Below are positions 1 to 14,497 of a DNA stretch of 64,000 nt, in pieces (position 1 is the stretch's first letter; every line of letters starts with the position of its first letter). The notes beneath the pieces were generated by a model, which saw only the letters and a list, made by a program, of their open reading frames with translations, ran no database searches and was not told where the DNA came from. Source of the DNA: Spironucleus salmonicida (Eukaryota). The position numbers were made by a program, and so were the translations under genes. Location: NCBI RefSeq assembly GCF_000497125.1, contig NC_090597.1:1251797-1315796 (forward strand). The letters run 5' to 3'.

Positions 1-213
1 TTTCTATAAGTTTCACAAATTCTTAATTTTGTTATTATTCATTGAATACTGATTTAAATTTCATAATAAACTTTTACTTACAAAAACTATCTAAATATTT
101 TTATATAATATATAAATTCTTAAATATAAATTGTTTCAAAAACTAAAACTTGTCATTATATACTAATTTTATTTCTATAAGTAAAAACAGATTTGATTTC
201 ATTCCTTCTACAA

Positions 214-1425
214 ATGGACTATTATGAAACAGTTGATATTTAGTCTATATCCAAGCTTATTCATGGCACAAAGAAGGGGTTATTTTTAGGTTTTAATGCA
301 ATCAGCAAAATAAATGACATTTTGGACGATATGAAACCATCTTGCGTTGGTTTTGTCACCTCCCCAGGCGCGTACAAAAAATGTGGAGTATGGGAGCCAA
401 TAATGGAAGCCCTTAAAACCAGAAATATTTCATACTTGCATTATGACAAGATAATGACGAATCCCACCACGGAGGTTGTAGATGAAGCTGTGGCACTTTT
501 CAAGCCCAAATACGATAAGAACTTCCTAGTAATTTCTATCGGTGGTGGTTCTCCAGGTGACTCCGCAAAATCCATTGCAGTGCTCCTTGCACACGCTGAT
601 AAGAACTGCAGGTAGCTATACAAGTTCGAATTTGCACCAGAAAAGCGAGCAAACCTTGTCATGGTAAATGTTACACACGGTACTGGAACCGAATGCGACC
701 AGTTCGCAGTCGTATCCATTTTGACTGGCGAAAAACATCCGTACAAACCCGCACTCGCATCTCCAGTTCTCTACCCCGATTACGCTATTGATGACATAAA
801 CGCCATGCTCTCCATGTCTGCTGATATGGTCAGATTCACCTCCATAGACGCCCTGAATCATGTTACAGAGGGTGCAACGACCACTGTAGCCACGCCATAC
901 AGCAGAACGCTAGCCTCAGAAGTCTGCTACCTCGTGCACAGGTATCTACCTGTTGCCCTTAAGGACATGAAGAATCTGCGCGCCCGCTACTGGCTTACGT
1001 ATGCCGCTGTGATCGGAGGAATGTGCTTCGACGAGTCCCTGTTGCACCTAACTCACGCGCTCGAACACACACTCAGCGCTGTGGTCCCCACACTCACTCA
1101 CGGGCAGGGCCTTGCCTTGATCCAACCCGCCGTGATCCGTCACATTTGGAGTGCTGCTGGCCCGGTACTAATGCATGTTTTCAAGCCAATCTACGGCGAA
1201 ACGATGCTCACTGCGCAGCAGGCCTTTGACAAAATGCGTGCATTCCACGTTTCGGTCGGATTTTCTGGAAACCTAACTGGTATAGGGATTTAGAAATCTC
1301 AGATAGAGTACTTGCTGGAGTGCACTGTGAACTGCCCTGGAATGGCCGGGCTTATCGCATTGAGCCCAGTTCCTTGCGACAACGAAGGCATTAAGCGCAT
1401 TTTCGAAGCTGCATTTTTTGAGTGA
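214..1425 (+). CDS. Iron-containing alcohol dehydrogenase (Fe-ADH), 403 aa
   Basis: One ORF in code 6 joining track ORFs 322-615 and 661-1293. Motifs ISIGGGSPGDSAK, VTHGTGTE, DALNHVTE, HLTHALEH and THGQGLAL. Confidence 0.93.
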
Positions 1426-1450
1426 CCGAATTCAAATTAAATTTGATTTT

Positions 1451-2479
1451 TCACTTTTTCTATTGCTTCTTTGCGCTTTTTCCTCTTTTATCCTTAGAAA
1501 CTATGCCGTTTGTGCTGTTTTTCAGGTCCTCCATAGCGATTTCTTTAGCAGTTTCTCGGTCAAACTTTTCGATTAGCATGCTCTGTAATTTCATCATTAT
1601 GTCTTCATTTAGAGGTTTCTAGAGTTCCGCAATACGGGTTTTGAACGTTTCTGACGTTATCGATGAAGTTTGAAGAGGGAGTGGATAATTGATTTCAGTT
1701 TGAATTCTTTAATTAGGCGTTGGTGGCAATTGCTAATTTATATTTTTTGTTTAAAAATCATCAAATATTTTAGGTAGAATTTAGTCAATTGCGTGTCGGA
1801 TTTCGAAGCCTAAATTGCTAGCAATTTCACTGGACAAGATTCCAATCTAATCTTTTATCATCACGTTAATTTGTTACTTCATTTTCTGCTCAAACACATT
1901 CTAGTTTTGAGAAATTTCTGTAATTTTTTAATTTTATTATTACTATATAGTGTCTACTGATTATGTATTTTATTTTCCGTTTTAAATTTCTGAAATTTTT
2001 TATAAATCTACATTTCTGGCGAAGTTCTGTAGATTCTCGATATTCTAGGCGATATCTGAAAGTTGACTTTAGATCTACGTTTTGTTGAACGTATAGTCAT
2101 TATTAATTGATTATGTTTATGATTTAAGGTTTTATAATTCCGAATTAACGAAGATTTTGAATCCAGTGATATCTGTATTTTGAACATTTTCAAGCTGCTA
2201 CGTGATTTCAATTTTGAAGGATTTTTATCCATTTTAGTAGTCAATATTCTGTTTTTCAAGTACTTGTTGCATAAGAGATATAAGCCTAGTTTGGGCTGAA
2301 ATACGTTCTTCCTGTTGGATATGTAGCGTATTTAGTGTTTTGATCGTTTCTGTGGTAGAATTTAGCGTTAATTAAAATTCGTTGAAATTCTCCAGTTGTT
2401 GTTCAAGAAATTTCGTGTAGGCTTTGGGATCGTAAGAGGCTGGTTATGTCTTAATAAACTACTGTTTCAGTGTAGTCAT
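1451..2479 (-). CDS. Hypothetical coiled-coil protein, ~342 aa
   Basis: ATG in tttccaaaATG context (MTTLKQQFIK...), Q/E/K-rich, ends AAG TGA. Only the two ends were checked for frame. Confidence 0.6.
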
Positions 2480-2658
2480 TTTGGAAAGAGTTATGAATAT
2501 GTTTGTCTAATAGTTATAATAATATGATATGATTATAATAAATATAAATATAGTGTATAATATTATATAAAATAAGTATACTACTTAAAAATAGGAATAA
2601 ATGATGAATTATTATATCTAAATAATAATATATCTATTTTCATTCCTTTACAAATCAG

Positions 2659-3300
<642 letters not shown>

Positions 3301-3334
3301 GAATATATATTTTTATTTATTTTACAGATCAAAA

Positions 3335-3568
3335 ATGGACGAACGAAACTCTTTAATGTTTTAAAATGATTAACTAAAATCTGAGGCTAATGTTATATCA
3401 AAATAGGCAAAAGCATATAGATAAAAGGAAAAACAGCTTGTTAAACAATATATGGAACTAATCAAGTGTATTGAAGATGATATTGTTGAACCATCTAACC
3501 GAACAAAAAATTACGATTATTTTATGTATTTTATAGTAGTTATTCTTTTTGTAATTGTAATTAAATGA
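3335..3568 (+). CDS. Small tail-anchored coiled-coil protein (SNARE-like), 77 aa
   Basis: Short heptad-like region followed by a C-terminal hydrophobic helix FMYFIVVILFVIVIK. Confidence 0.55.
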
Positions 3569-3602
3569 TTTATTATATAGTTTTATTTATTTTGTTAAAT
3601 AA

Positions 3603-5162
3603 ATGCCAAAATCGATTGAACAACTGGAACAAGAATTGTAGCGAATTCGGTAATAGCGTAAGAGTGCTTAGCAAAACTATACATAAGTATAGAAAGAATT
3701 TAATGATTTCAAAAAATAAAATGAGCCAAATGAAAAGTTGATAGCAAAATAGCGAAAAGACGCCAAAATTCAGCTTTTAGTAAATTAACTTAATAAAGAA
3801 CTTTCGACTAGAGGATAATCTGTAGAAATTAAAAGTATTCGCTAGACTATTGACATGAGTTAAAGCGAAAAATTGAGTGTTTCATAACTATCGACGACCA
3901 AATCTAAAGAAGTTCAATAGGTGTAGTACTAAGGTAAACCATAAATTATATCAGTTAAGTAAGATAAAAATGTGTCAAAGAAAATATAAAGTGCATAAAA
4001 TATTGTTTAAGTTTAGTGTAATGAAACTAAGGTTGATAATATTAATACTCTTCAGAAAGAGGAAATATTACTATATTAGTAATAAAATGAAGAAGCTAAA
4101 AATAATGATGTTTAAAAATAATACTTAAACCCGGAATAAAGTCTGATCATTGAACACTATAATTTAAAAATATATGATTAAAATATTTGTGATTAAATTG
4201 TATACAATAATATTTAGGCTCAAACAAAATCTAAAGTAGTTGTATTAAATGAAATATCAAAAGATTTAAAAGTAGATATAAGTCCAAAAGCAGATGTATA
4301 ATTAAAAATTGTCACATAATAAGATCAGTACTTACTTATTTATGATAATATCGTTGATGAAAAAATATATTACTTCTAAGTTTTAGAAAAAGATCCTTCT
4401 GACAATGAATTTGATGAGCTTATAACAGATAGCACTATTTAAGAAGACTCTGAAATTGGAAACAATAAAATTAGTGTTCCAGATTAATTAAATCGAAAAC
4501 TCGAGAATTAATTAGATTCTGATAGTTTTAGTGAAGATTTAGCATCTTCAACTTAAATTACACAGTCTAAGTAATAGGTAGTAAAATAAGTACCAGAAGA
4601 TTAAAAGTTTACTGATGAAATGTCAGAGCAATTTGATGAAGAACCGGTTAAGAAATAAGATATTATCTCCAAAGAAGCTAAGCCATAAATTAAGAAACTG
4701 TAAAAGAAAAAATCAGTCTAGAATGAGTCGAAAACAGAATCTTATATAAATGATTCTCTAATTTCTCAAGAATAAAACTAAATTGATGATAATGAGAATG
4801 TTATCGAGACAAAAACATCAAAGAAAACTAAAAAGCATAAAGCTAAAGAGTTAAGTGGAACAGATGAAATTCCTATAATAGATACTAATAATTAGGTATA
4901 GCATGAACATCTAGCTGCATCTTTAATATCGGAGGATGACAATCCAGTAAGACCAACGAGAAAGAATGTTAAAAGAGCATCAAGAACAGATGTAGAGTAA
5001 AGTTCAAAACTAAATTAAAGCTCTTTAAACGTTAAAACAGATGATGAAGCAGCAGAGACTTTTAATTCGTCGACTGATAAGTTACTTAAGGTGGTTAAAA
5101 AGTAAAAGAAGAAAATCAAATAGGAAAATTAGGTATAAGATGAATTGGTTATCGAACTATGA
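3603..5162 (+). CDS. Hypothetical low-complexity Q/E/K/D-rich protein, ~519 aa
   Basis: Long code-6 ORF (MPKSIEQLEQELQRIR...) with in-frame TGA at 5160. Confidence 0.65.
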
Positions 5163-5297
5163 AATGTTTTAATATTTGTATAATCTTTATAAATTCTTAG
5201 AAAATAGTAATGGTTTAATTATAATCACTATATTTATTTTTTAAAACATATATAATTTGTATTCACAATAAAAATTTCAATCAAATAGCATAGATAT

Positions 5298-5486
5298 TCA
5301 CACTTATTACATAAAATCTCTAGGTTCAAATATATCTGCATCAGATTCTAAATTACGTGAATCTTATGGAATAACATGCTAAATACAGTGACTTTTAATA
5401 CAACAGGTTAGTAGTACTGCAATAACTGAGATACCAAATAGAATACCGATAATCGTAAGGGATATTTTCAGTATACTTTAAGTCAT
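5298..5486 (-). CDS. Small single-TM protein, 62 aa (alternative start at 5543)
   Basis: MTQSILKISLTIIGILFGISVIAVLLTCCIKSHC...: a TM helix followed by juxtamembrane Cys-Cys. Confidence 0.4.
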
Positions 5487-5720
5487 TATTCGTATGGAAA
5501 TGGTGTGTAGAGATATTATAATAAAACGAAGGAATAAATACATTACTACAGGTTCTATATAATAATACTATTATGAATGATTTAGTATATAGATACTATT
5601 ATTTATCTCGCCGATATTTATTCCTATTGGTACATATCCTAATATTATGAATAATTTAATAGTTTCTTATACAAAACTATAATATAAATAAGAAATATAA
5701 TAAGTAAAATGAAAACTGCA

Positions 5721-6206
5721 TCACATATCATTATCTATTCTCCTTACTTCAACAGTTAAAACGTGATTTTAAAATTTTGCTTTTGCACTTTTTTCATTAA
5801 TTTCATGAGGCAATTCCAAATGAAGACGGTGCAATTTACCAAACAAAGTTAACGTATTTTTGGTTATTTCTACATCCAAATTTCTAAAAACTTCTCCTGG
5901 AACCTCAATCTTTATAACCAGGAATTAAGAGTCCGCAGATGATGGAGTAAGTTATTAGAAACCTCCATAAACTTCAGATGGCTCAACCTATTACTTATAA
6001 ATAATGTCATATTTTGGAGCCTTGAAATTCATACCCAATGTTTGCTCGACCTATTATTAAAGCTTTTTTGCTGGGGAATATGCCTCAACATTAGGAATTT
6101 CCGGTGTAGATTATGACTATAAAGCTGAATCATAGCCATCTTCAACCATTTTCTGAAGAGCAAGTAAATCAGAAGTGTCCATTTCACAAACTTTAATTTT
6201 AAACAT
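5721..6206 (-). CDS. DNAAF6: PIH1D3/DNAAF6-like axonemal dynein assembly factor, 161 aa
   Basis: APKYDIIYKQQVEPSEVYGG...SSADSQFLVIKIEVPG...LDVEIT...LHLELPHEINEKSAKAKF matches the PIH1D3 motif and CS-like domain pattern. Confidence 0.7.
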
Positions 6207-6259
6207 ATAGCCTATTATTATATGGTAATATTGTTATACATCTACTTCGAAAATTCAAA

Positions 6260-7210
6260 ATGGATGACGAGATGTTCAACATTCCCTCTGTAATAGTACA
6301 AAAACTAACAGATTTTTAGAAAATAATAACTAATATTGAAATAAAATAAGCTTCACTCCATACTGAAAATACATTTTTAAAACACGAAAACTAATTACTT
6401 CGGGATGATCTCAACGTGCTCTAGAACTCATTTTTACAGCTCCAGTAAGAGTAAATAAACTCAACCGTATCGATAAACAACCAGCTATAAATAATCCAGA
6501 ACCGCTAATCCTCACCTCGTTAGACTCCCCAGACTCCCTAATTCCTCCTGAATCAACCAGATTCTCCTCCAGTTCTGCCGCCTTCCACTCCGCTGCAGGA
6601 TATAATTCCACTAATCAATCACCAAATAGCACAATTAGTCGCACCATTCAATTAGGAACTATCTGAAATCCATCGAAAAATCAACGAGTTTCCGTCAAAA
6701 CGTGCTGTGCAAAACGCCATCAAAACGCGTTTTGACGCAGTTGAAGATGCGCTTACAAATTTCAGAGAAACCATTCAGGTAGTCTTGAAAAACAAGGCCG
6801 ATATCACCTCCGTCAACCTGGCTCTGTCTTCCAAAACTGATTTTTCAACACTAAAGCAGTGGATAGAAAAAGTTGAAAAAGAAGTCAAAACTCAAAATTC
6901 AAATTAAATTTAGATTTCTCCTCCTCAAAATTAATAGAACCTGCTTGTAAAAATTCAAGCAAATTCAGCTAAAATCTCAGAAATTGAAGCAAAATTTTAA
7001 TAAACTAATATCGGAAAATTAGTTGAAAACCTACAAAAGGAAGTTAAAATGAAAGCTGGAATCCGCGATGTATAGCAAATATAGAACTTAATTAATTAAA
7101 ATTAACCAAATTTGGATCTTCTGAAAGTGATAAATCAAAGACCTACCCGGGGATAAGTAATTGAGATTTTCCGAGGGTTATGGGGAGAAGAATGTGGTAA
7201 TATGAAGTGA
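6260..7210 (+). CDS. Hypothetical coiled-coil protein, 316 aa
   Basis: Code-6 ORF containing track ORF 6707-6907, ends AAG TGA. Confidence 0.65.
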
Positions 7211-7685
7211 AATTTTGGTAAAGATATAAGAGAAATTTCATAATTCTCTTATTTAATCATTCAATTGATAAATGAAAATTAAATTTATAGATAAATGATA
7301 ATAGCAGGCACTATATAAAACATAAATAATTTTTAGCATGTGAACATGCTCTTAACATTCCAATATTTGCTAAGGGTTTAGTTAATTTCAAGGAGGGTAT
7401 AACTGTCTATTTATTATAACTTAGTTTAGCCGATAAATTTATATTTCTACTTGCAAAATAATTTTTACTGCTACAAAATAACATTCTCTTGAGCATATAG
7501 TATTAAATATAATAATTGTTATAAATTTAGATGTTACTCCTAGTAATAGCATACTACTTCTAATTATACATTATATGTTCAACTTCTAAAAATATTACAA
7601 ATAAACTTATTACTATTCAATTTTAAACTCTAACTATTATTTGAAAAAGCATTCTAGTGTAATGCATTTAACCCTATAAATCACT

Positions 7686-8513
7686 TCACATCATTCCCCT
7701 CAAGCTCTCAACTAGTTTTTAGCTTCCTCTAAAAGTTGAATTGTATACTTGTCCCCTTCTTCCATTCACAATCTCCGTATCAACACATCTCAATTTGTTG
7801 TTAACAAATTCCAAAGTATGAGCATTTTACATATCTATTTTACTATTTTTCATATTCTATACGGTCTCAAAAATATCCTAATTTCTACTCTTTTCAAAGT
7901 CTTTCAATTGAGTCTAAAATTGCATTTTGAGGATTTATTGCTATTTAACGTGGATATGATCGTAGTACTTTATCTATTTTTGGCGCATTTCATTGAACTG
8001 CTGGTTTAAAACATCCAAATGACGTTGTTCAGCTTTGCATGCCAACTCCTTGACATTTATTGCAGCTTCAAATTTTTTCAATTTCATAAGGATTTGATAT
8101 TCTCTAATGAGAATAAGATATTCTCTATTTTAAACCTTCTATGGTACTTTTTGGTCAATTTTATGTATTAAGCGTTCAATTTCGCATTGCTATATTTCAA
8201 GTAACTCTTATAATTGCTAATCTTACTTTTATATTAAAATAGTATAAAGTTTATCTTAGTTGTTTACAGTTCTTTCAAGTGCAATTTATTCTGCCTAACT
8301 TAGCTTGAGAAGTTAGTCATGTTAACGTTGAGCTTCTAGTTAGTGAAGGTCAATCAGATGGGACGATTTCAATGATAAAGTTTGGTTGAAAGCTTCTAAA
8401 GCTTAGTGTGGGTCATCTAATTTTGTCGCTATCTGCATTGTCCGTTGAGTACTGGTCATGGCAGAAAGTGTATCGCGTTCACGTGGTTTTATCTATGAAA
8501 GCGTTTTGTTCAT
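7686..8513 (-). CDS. Hypothetical coiled-coil protein, 275 aa
   Basis: Fully translated by hand: MNKTLSQIKPRE...STFRGSQKLVESLRGMM*. Confidence 0.7.
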
Positions 8514-8636
8514 ATTGCGGGTGAAGTGGTTAGAGAATTACAATATTTTAAACATAAAATAATATGAATTATGAAAATTTGGCGGAATTAGAATACTTCT
8601 AAATATTATATATGTAAAAGATAAATTATTGTACTT

Positions 8637-9602
8637 TCAGTTTCCGAATGCCATTTTCTTTTCATTCTCTAACTCTTAAATTGTTAGGCTAATACTTTTA
8701 TTATAGAAAGGTTCAATGCTTAATTTTTAAATTTCCCATCTACCATCCACACAAATACATGGAACAGAACAGAATAAACTTTCGGGAATTGAATAGAAAT
8801 TTCCTGCTTACGCTTATATTGACACGCTTACAATTTCCCCTTATCTTGTACCTTGGTGCCAGGATTTAATACAATCCAGAGCACCATGCGCTGCGCTGAG
8901 GGCAGAGCTTGCTCCTCTAGCTTAAATAATAGAAGCGCCTCTTTTTTATATTATAGCTGTAATATTTGATATCCAGTCTTGATCAAACACCACTTTTTTG
9001 CCATCTACTGTAACATTGCTGAAAATAGGTACCATCGTAGTAGAGTGATTACCAAATACGAAAACATTTTAAACTCTTCCTGGAGTTACATTACACTTTT
9101 TAGATATCTATCCGATTGCTCTATTATGGTCTAATTAAGACATAGCTACTATATTTTTGGCAACTTTTGGAGCAAATTTAGCAAGAATAAGTGCATTTGT
9201 GTTAGCTGGATTACCCACTACTAAAATTTTAGTGTCAGGTCTAGAAAATAATTGAATATTTTTTCCGGCCTCTTCAAATATCTTTGCGTTTTTGTACAAA
9301 AGATCTGAACGTTCCATTCCAGGACCACGTGCAAGGGCACCTAACATAACAATGTAATCAACATTAGAGAATGCTTCTTGCTAATTACCCACCTCTATAC
9401 CGTGGAGACGTTAAAATGCACAGTCTTCTAACTCCATTTAAATTCCGGTAGATGAGTTTGATCCTTCGCGTTCAACAAATACAATAATAACAGGTTAATC
9501 CTCACCAAATACCCATCCTTTGGCTAATTCTGCCAAAAAGGAGTAGGCAATATGACCAGAGCAACCAGTAACTGCAACGCGGATTGGAGCTTTGAATACC
9601 AT
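8637..9602 (-). CDS. MDH: Cytosolic-type malate dehydrogenase, 321 aa
   Basis: IRVAVTGCSGHIAYS, MELEDCAF, GALARGPGMERSDLL, VVGNPANTNA, LDHNRA, FGNHSTTMVP, GASSALSAA. Confidence 0.95.
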
Positions 9603-9793
9603 TTGTGAAACTTTCTGTATAATTTTTACGATATAAATATTGGAATTTTTCAAATAGTTAATAAAATTTTGTATACTTCTGAGCAATAAAAAACTATACT
9701 ATTTATAGTAAAGTAAATATAATTATAAAAAACTGGACTATAATAGTCAATTCTTTTTATAAAACTAAGGTAAAATATAAATTCCCTTCACTC

Positions 9794-11281
9794 TCACTTA
9801 TACTCAACAGCGCTATTGATACTATCATTAAATTGACTAGGCTTATTTCCGTCAGGATTTACAGGTGATGGAGGAGGTTATTCAGCGGCAGGTTCTTCAA
9901 TTTTTTACTATTCTTCCACTACAATGGGATCCACTACTTCAGCTAATGGTTACTATTCCTCGACTACTGGCTCTTGAGGAGTAGCTGGTGATTCTTAAAT
10001 AGCCTCTATGCATTTCTTTTCACCTTCTTAACTGTATCTCATACTCTTGTTATCACTCATCTCAAACGGCGAGGGAGCTGATATAGATTAAACAACATTT
10101 TACTATTCCTAAACTGGCTCTTCAATGATGCTTTTTTCATGGTAACTTTCATCTCTTTCAGCACGGAAAGATCTACCATCACTATTTTCAAAGGGACTAG
10201 GACGAGAAACATCTTCTGTTTTAGCAACTGAGGCACGTTCTAATATACTCTCACTTTTATTAACTTTGAGTGTATCAATTTTATCTATTTCACCTTTATG
10301 TTCAATATAGTCGATAGTCTCACCAGATCTAATCTACTAAATTCGTGGCCTGAAAGCCAAAGTGGTTGCTATAAGACAAGCATCAAGCTTATCAATTTTA
10401 CCGTCGTTTTAAACATCCGCTAGTGTAGCCATCTTTTCTATTAAGTCTTAAGATGCCCCTACTTCTAAAGATTGAATTTCTTAAAATATGTTGCTAACTT
10501 CAATTTTATCTGGCTAGGTTTCATAAAACTATTAGAATTTAGGAAGTAGTCTAGATATGATATCTTCTGGTTTGTCTGAGACAACAACTTCTTCCTTTTT
10601 AACCTCTTCAAGTTAGCCAACAAATTCTGCTAATTTTTCATCTTGTGTTTTAACTGTAGACTCGTAATGAGAGGCATCAGGCATTGAAAATTATTATTAA
10701 GATTAAACTGACTTAAACTCTTCTAATTGCTTCCATGTTAACTAATTTTTCAATATAATTTTATCAAAAATGTCATTTGGATCAACATCTGGGTCCACAC
10801 CATTGTCTTTAGCGATTTAAGCTGCCTCTAATGCTGTATTTCTTTATAGTAACGCATCCGTCCAAGTTTCAGTGAATTATTAGTCATTTTAAAGCTCTGG
10901 AAATTATGCTTCAGGAAGGAACTACTTGGTGTCAACCTCTTCAGAAGGAACTACAGTAGGTATTTCCTTATCCATAAGAGGTAGATCAACGCCAACAAAT
11001 ATTTTCTTAACAACACCACCCAAAATTAAAATAAAAACTGGTCTGCAACGACCATGGAAGCGTCGTGTCCAAGGTAATATATCAGATGGGGCGCGTACAA
11101 AACGGATTTTAGCATTTAAATAAGTTGTATAATATCCACGGAAAACACCTTCAACAGCAGGTGATGGGCCAGCCCAACGCTGGTATATTTCTAGAATTAC
11201 TAAACCTGGATATTCAAGGTGTGGCAAAATTTCATATGGTGATTGTATATCGATTTAGAATTTCTTTTATGCTTTTGACAT
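9794..11281 (-). CDS. Thioredoxin-like domain (NME8/TXNDC3 dynein-associated type) plus long acidic tail, ~495 aa
   Basis: GLVILEIYQRWAGPSPAV...RFHGRCRPVFILILGG...GVDLP parallels NME8 GLTVIDVYQAWCGPC...FRDKCEPVFLF...GANAP. Confidence 0.7.
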
Positions 11282-11457
11282 TGCGGAAATTAGGAAATGG
11301 AGTGGAATATATAAACATTATTTCTATATAATAATATATTACATAAAATGGATGATAAAACAAACACAAACTTATATAATATTTTACTATTATTGTTAAT
11401 TTTTAACCTGAAATTTTACCATTAACTTATATTTAACCCAATATAGAAAGGTTATCA

Positions 11458-12615
11458 TCACTCAATAACTTTATTCATCCTGTAACTGACTAAACATCCA
11501 TAAACCCAAGCCACAATCGTCACGATCATGATAAAAATACTGAATACAATTGCAGTAGGGCTTTCCTGAGGTGGTAAATCAGCACATTGAACAACAATCT
11601 TTCCATCATACACGTCATTACATTTCACGATATCAAAGATATTCTCATTCGCTCCCAAACTGCTAATAATGAAGGTCTCGCTATCTCTGAAGGGGAAAGT
11701 CTAAATTGCATCCTAAAATTGTTATAACGCGGAAATTTACTTTGATTTTCCATTTCTTTCAACTTGTACCATTCTAAAATCACTAGAAATGATATTATCC
11801 AAGTTTGCCTTACATGAACTTTGAACTGAAAAATCGATGATTTAACGCAAATAAGCATCATTTGATGAAATAAATTTGGAATCACCAATGAAATTTCCGA
11901 CTAAAAAAATATATTTTTGGGAATAAATTGCAGTCTAATTTTGTGTTATATAAGTGATTAAATCCCCTGGAATGATATCATTTTGACAAAGTAATGTGTA
12001 TTATAAAAGATGCTTTTAGAAGTTAATGAATTAATTTTAAATTTAATTTTCCACTTCTTTTATGAAAATATATTCATCAAATTTCGGAAGGAAATCCGTG
12101 CAGTTTTAATCAACGGTGGCACTAACATATTGCTTTGCATTCTTGTGGTGGAGAGCGAAAAATCCTTCAAAACCAGCAATAGAGAGAGCACTATATGCAT
12201 TTGCGGAATTCGACGTTATTTTTACAGTTAAATTACGTAAAACATCAGTAAATAAAGCGTTAAAAGGTAAATTTTAGTTAACTTTCAAAGAAATGCCGAA
12301 AAATGTGTTAATTTCTTGAGGAAATGCAGCTAGCATTGGGTCCAGAATTGATGAAATAAATGCTTAGTATACAAAGAAATCAAGAGGTTTAAGATCTAAT
12401 TAGGCTGTGAAAAGCTTACAGTAGGTATTACATGAAGGTAGTTTTTCTGGATTAAACGTATAAGGTATTTTGTTGATAAATGATAGAATATCGGATTTTT
12501 TATCTGTCACTACTTAAAGATATAGATTCTCCATTTCTGTATCACCATTATGTTGGAATTCATAGTCCGATGCACTCTATGGATATAGGTTCTTCTAAAG
12601 TACCAGCAAAAACAT
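11458..12615 (-). CDS. Type I membrane protein, 385 aa
   Basis: Fully translated. Short hydrophobic N-terminus MFLLVLQ and a C-terminal TM helix AIVFSIFIMIVTIVAWVYGCLV. Confidence 0.75.
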
Positions 12616-12928
12616 TTTGATTGTAATACAATTAAGAATATAATATAATTAAAATCAGATTATTAATTAAATAAATCGTAATAAATAAAATATATTATAC
12701 AATAAAACTTATATATTCAATATTTAAAAATAAAATATAATGAATATTTATAATATAAAAATATAGTTTAAAATTATTAAACATATAGTTTTTCGAATTA
12801 ACTATTAAACTGTAGTTTCGATCTAGGTTATACAGATTTTATATTATGATAGATAATATAAAATATATTCTTCTTTTTTTAATATTAATAAACAATACAT
12901 ATAGGTAGATATATTCAGGTTTTAAAAA

Positions 12929-13579
12929 ATGTCTGATAAAATATCTCCAGAGTTCACTGCTAACGTATTAGCAGACCTTTATTGTAAATAATTGCATTCA
13001 TAATCATTACCAGATACTAGTGAAGTATATGCAGAAACATTATAATAGTTTACAAACTCTCCATTGATTAATATTCTTTTAAAAGACACAGTTAATAGCT
13101 AATATTAATCATCAGAATAAACTAATGGCTAGAGCTACATGAATATTACCAAATATAATAACGATATCGTACAAATATTATAGGATAACCCTGATCTACA
13201 TGATAGTCTTAATAAAGAAAAAGAGAAATCTCAGAGTGTACCAACCTCTATCAGTGAGAATACCAGGTTAACTTGGACTTTATCTATGGAACATAGATTA
13301 AGTAGTCTTATGGACTAAAAAAAATCTTATGTTTATATTACATAAATTCTAAATGATGAATTTGGCCTTCAAATGAAACCAAATTAAGTATCATAACGAT
13401 GGAATAGAGTTCAGAATCCTGCTATTTTAAAAGGTAGATGGATGCAAGAAGATATAGAAAGACTAGAAGCATATATTAAACGAAATTTATCTGTATCTGA
13501 AATTCATTCCAAATTTCCTGGAAGAACTCTATTATAAATTCAGAAGCGAATCAAAATACAGAATACTCAAGCATAGTGA
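12929..13579 (+). CDS. Myb-like DNA-binding protein with two repeats, 216 aa
   Basis: LTWTLSME...VSQRWNRVQNPAILKGRWMQEDIERL...KFPGRTLLQIQKR. Confidence 0.8.
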
Positions 13580-13663
13580 ATAAATTTGCTTCTCCTGTCA
13601 TGGCTATTTTTAGAATTATATGTAATATTATATAATTCATAACATTAATAACGCAAATGCAAA

Positions 13664-14497
13664 ATGGATGAATTTTACACACATACACCCACTCATGAGT
13701 TACGCAAAAATCCAGTTTTCCTACGGACACCATCATCTTTAGAGAAAAAGCGAGCAAATCTACCTTAGGTACCAAGGTAGTAGCTTCAGTCTAAAATTCT
13801 TCTTCAGAAATTTAATGAAAAACCAAAAACTCCCTAATCGCCTTAAAAATAGCTGTAATCCAGGTAATCTCCCATTAAAGTAAACCCTGCCCTGAAGGCC
13901 AATTCTCCATATAGAAAGCATAACTTCTACAAGGCTTAAATGGTCGTACCTCAATAGCGGGGCTAGTCTCAATAGTCTCAAAATATAAGGACTATTATCT
14001 CGGATACATGCGGTTCCTTCGATATGGAGCCTAATTTTGATGTAAAACCTGATAGTACTTAATTTGATCAAAAGCATACCAGCCAAACTGATGAGTCTGG
14101 AATGCGCACTGTTGATTTCTCCTAAAGGTATGAGCAGTAGTATCAGTTAAATACATATGTGTCCCCTAAGCGAGAAATTCAGTTATCTGAGTATTGTGAT
14201 TATGATGAGTAGGCAAGGACAAATATTCCGTTTTCTGGTAGTATCAAAATTGCACGAATAACAAGGTAGAGACAAGAAACTGCCCGATTTTAGTTAGCTA
14301 CTTAAGAAGTTAATAACCATCAGTTATATAGCACAACTGATACTTACAATCAGAATTACTATTATGAGTAATAGGATTCACCTAATGTAGTTATAAGTGA
14401 ATAAGCTATAAATTTAGATGATGTCGAATTAAGTGATAAGAGCGATTTTAACGCTCCTGATGAAGAGTACTAAATTATAGATGAAGATTTTGATTGA
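13664..14497 (+). CDS. Hypothetical low-complexity protein with acidic C-terminus, 277 aa
   Basis: Code-6 ORF from caaaATG to TGA at 14495. Confidence 0.6.

Noticed and set aside
214-1425. Many genes looking like pseudogenes with premature stops
   Set aside because: All such stops are TAA/TAG and read as Gln in code 6, so the frames are intact.
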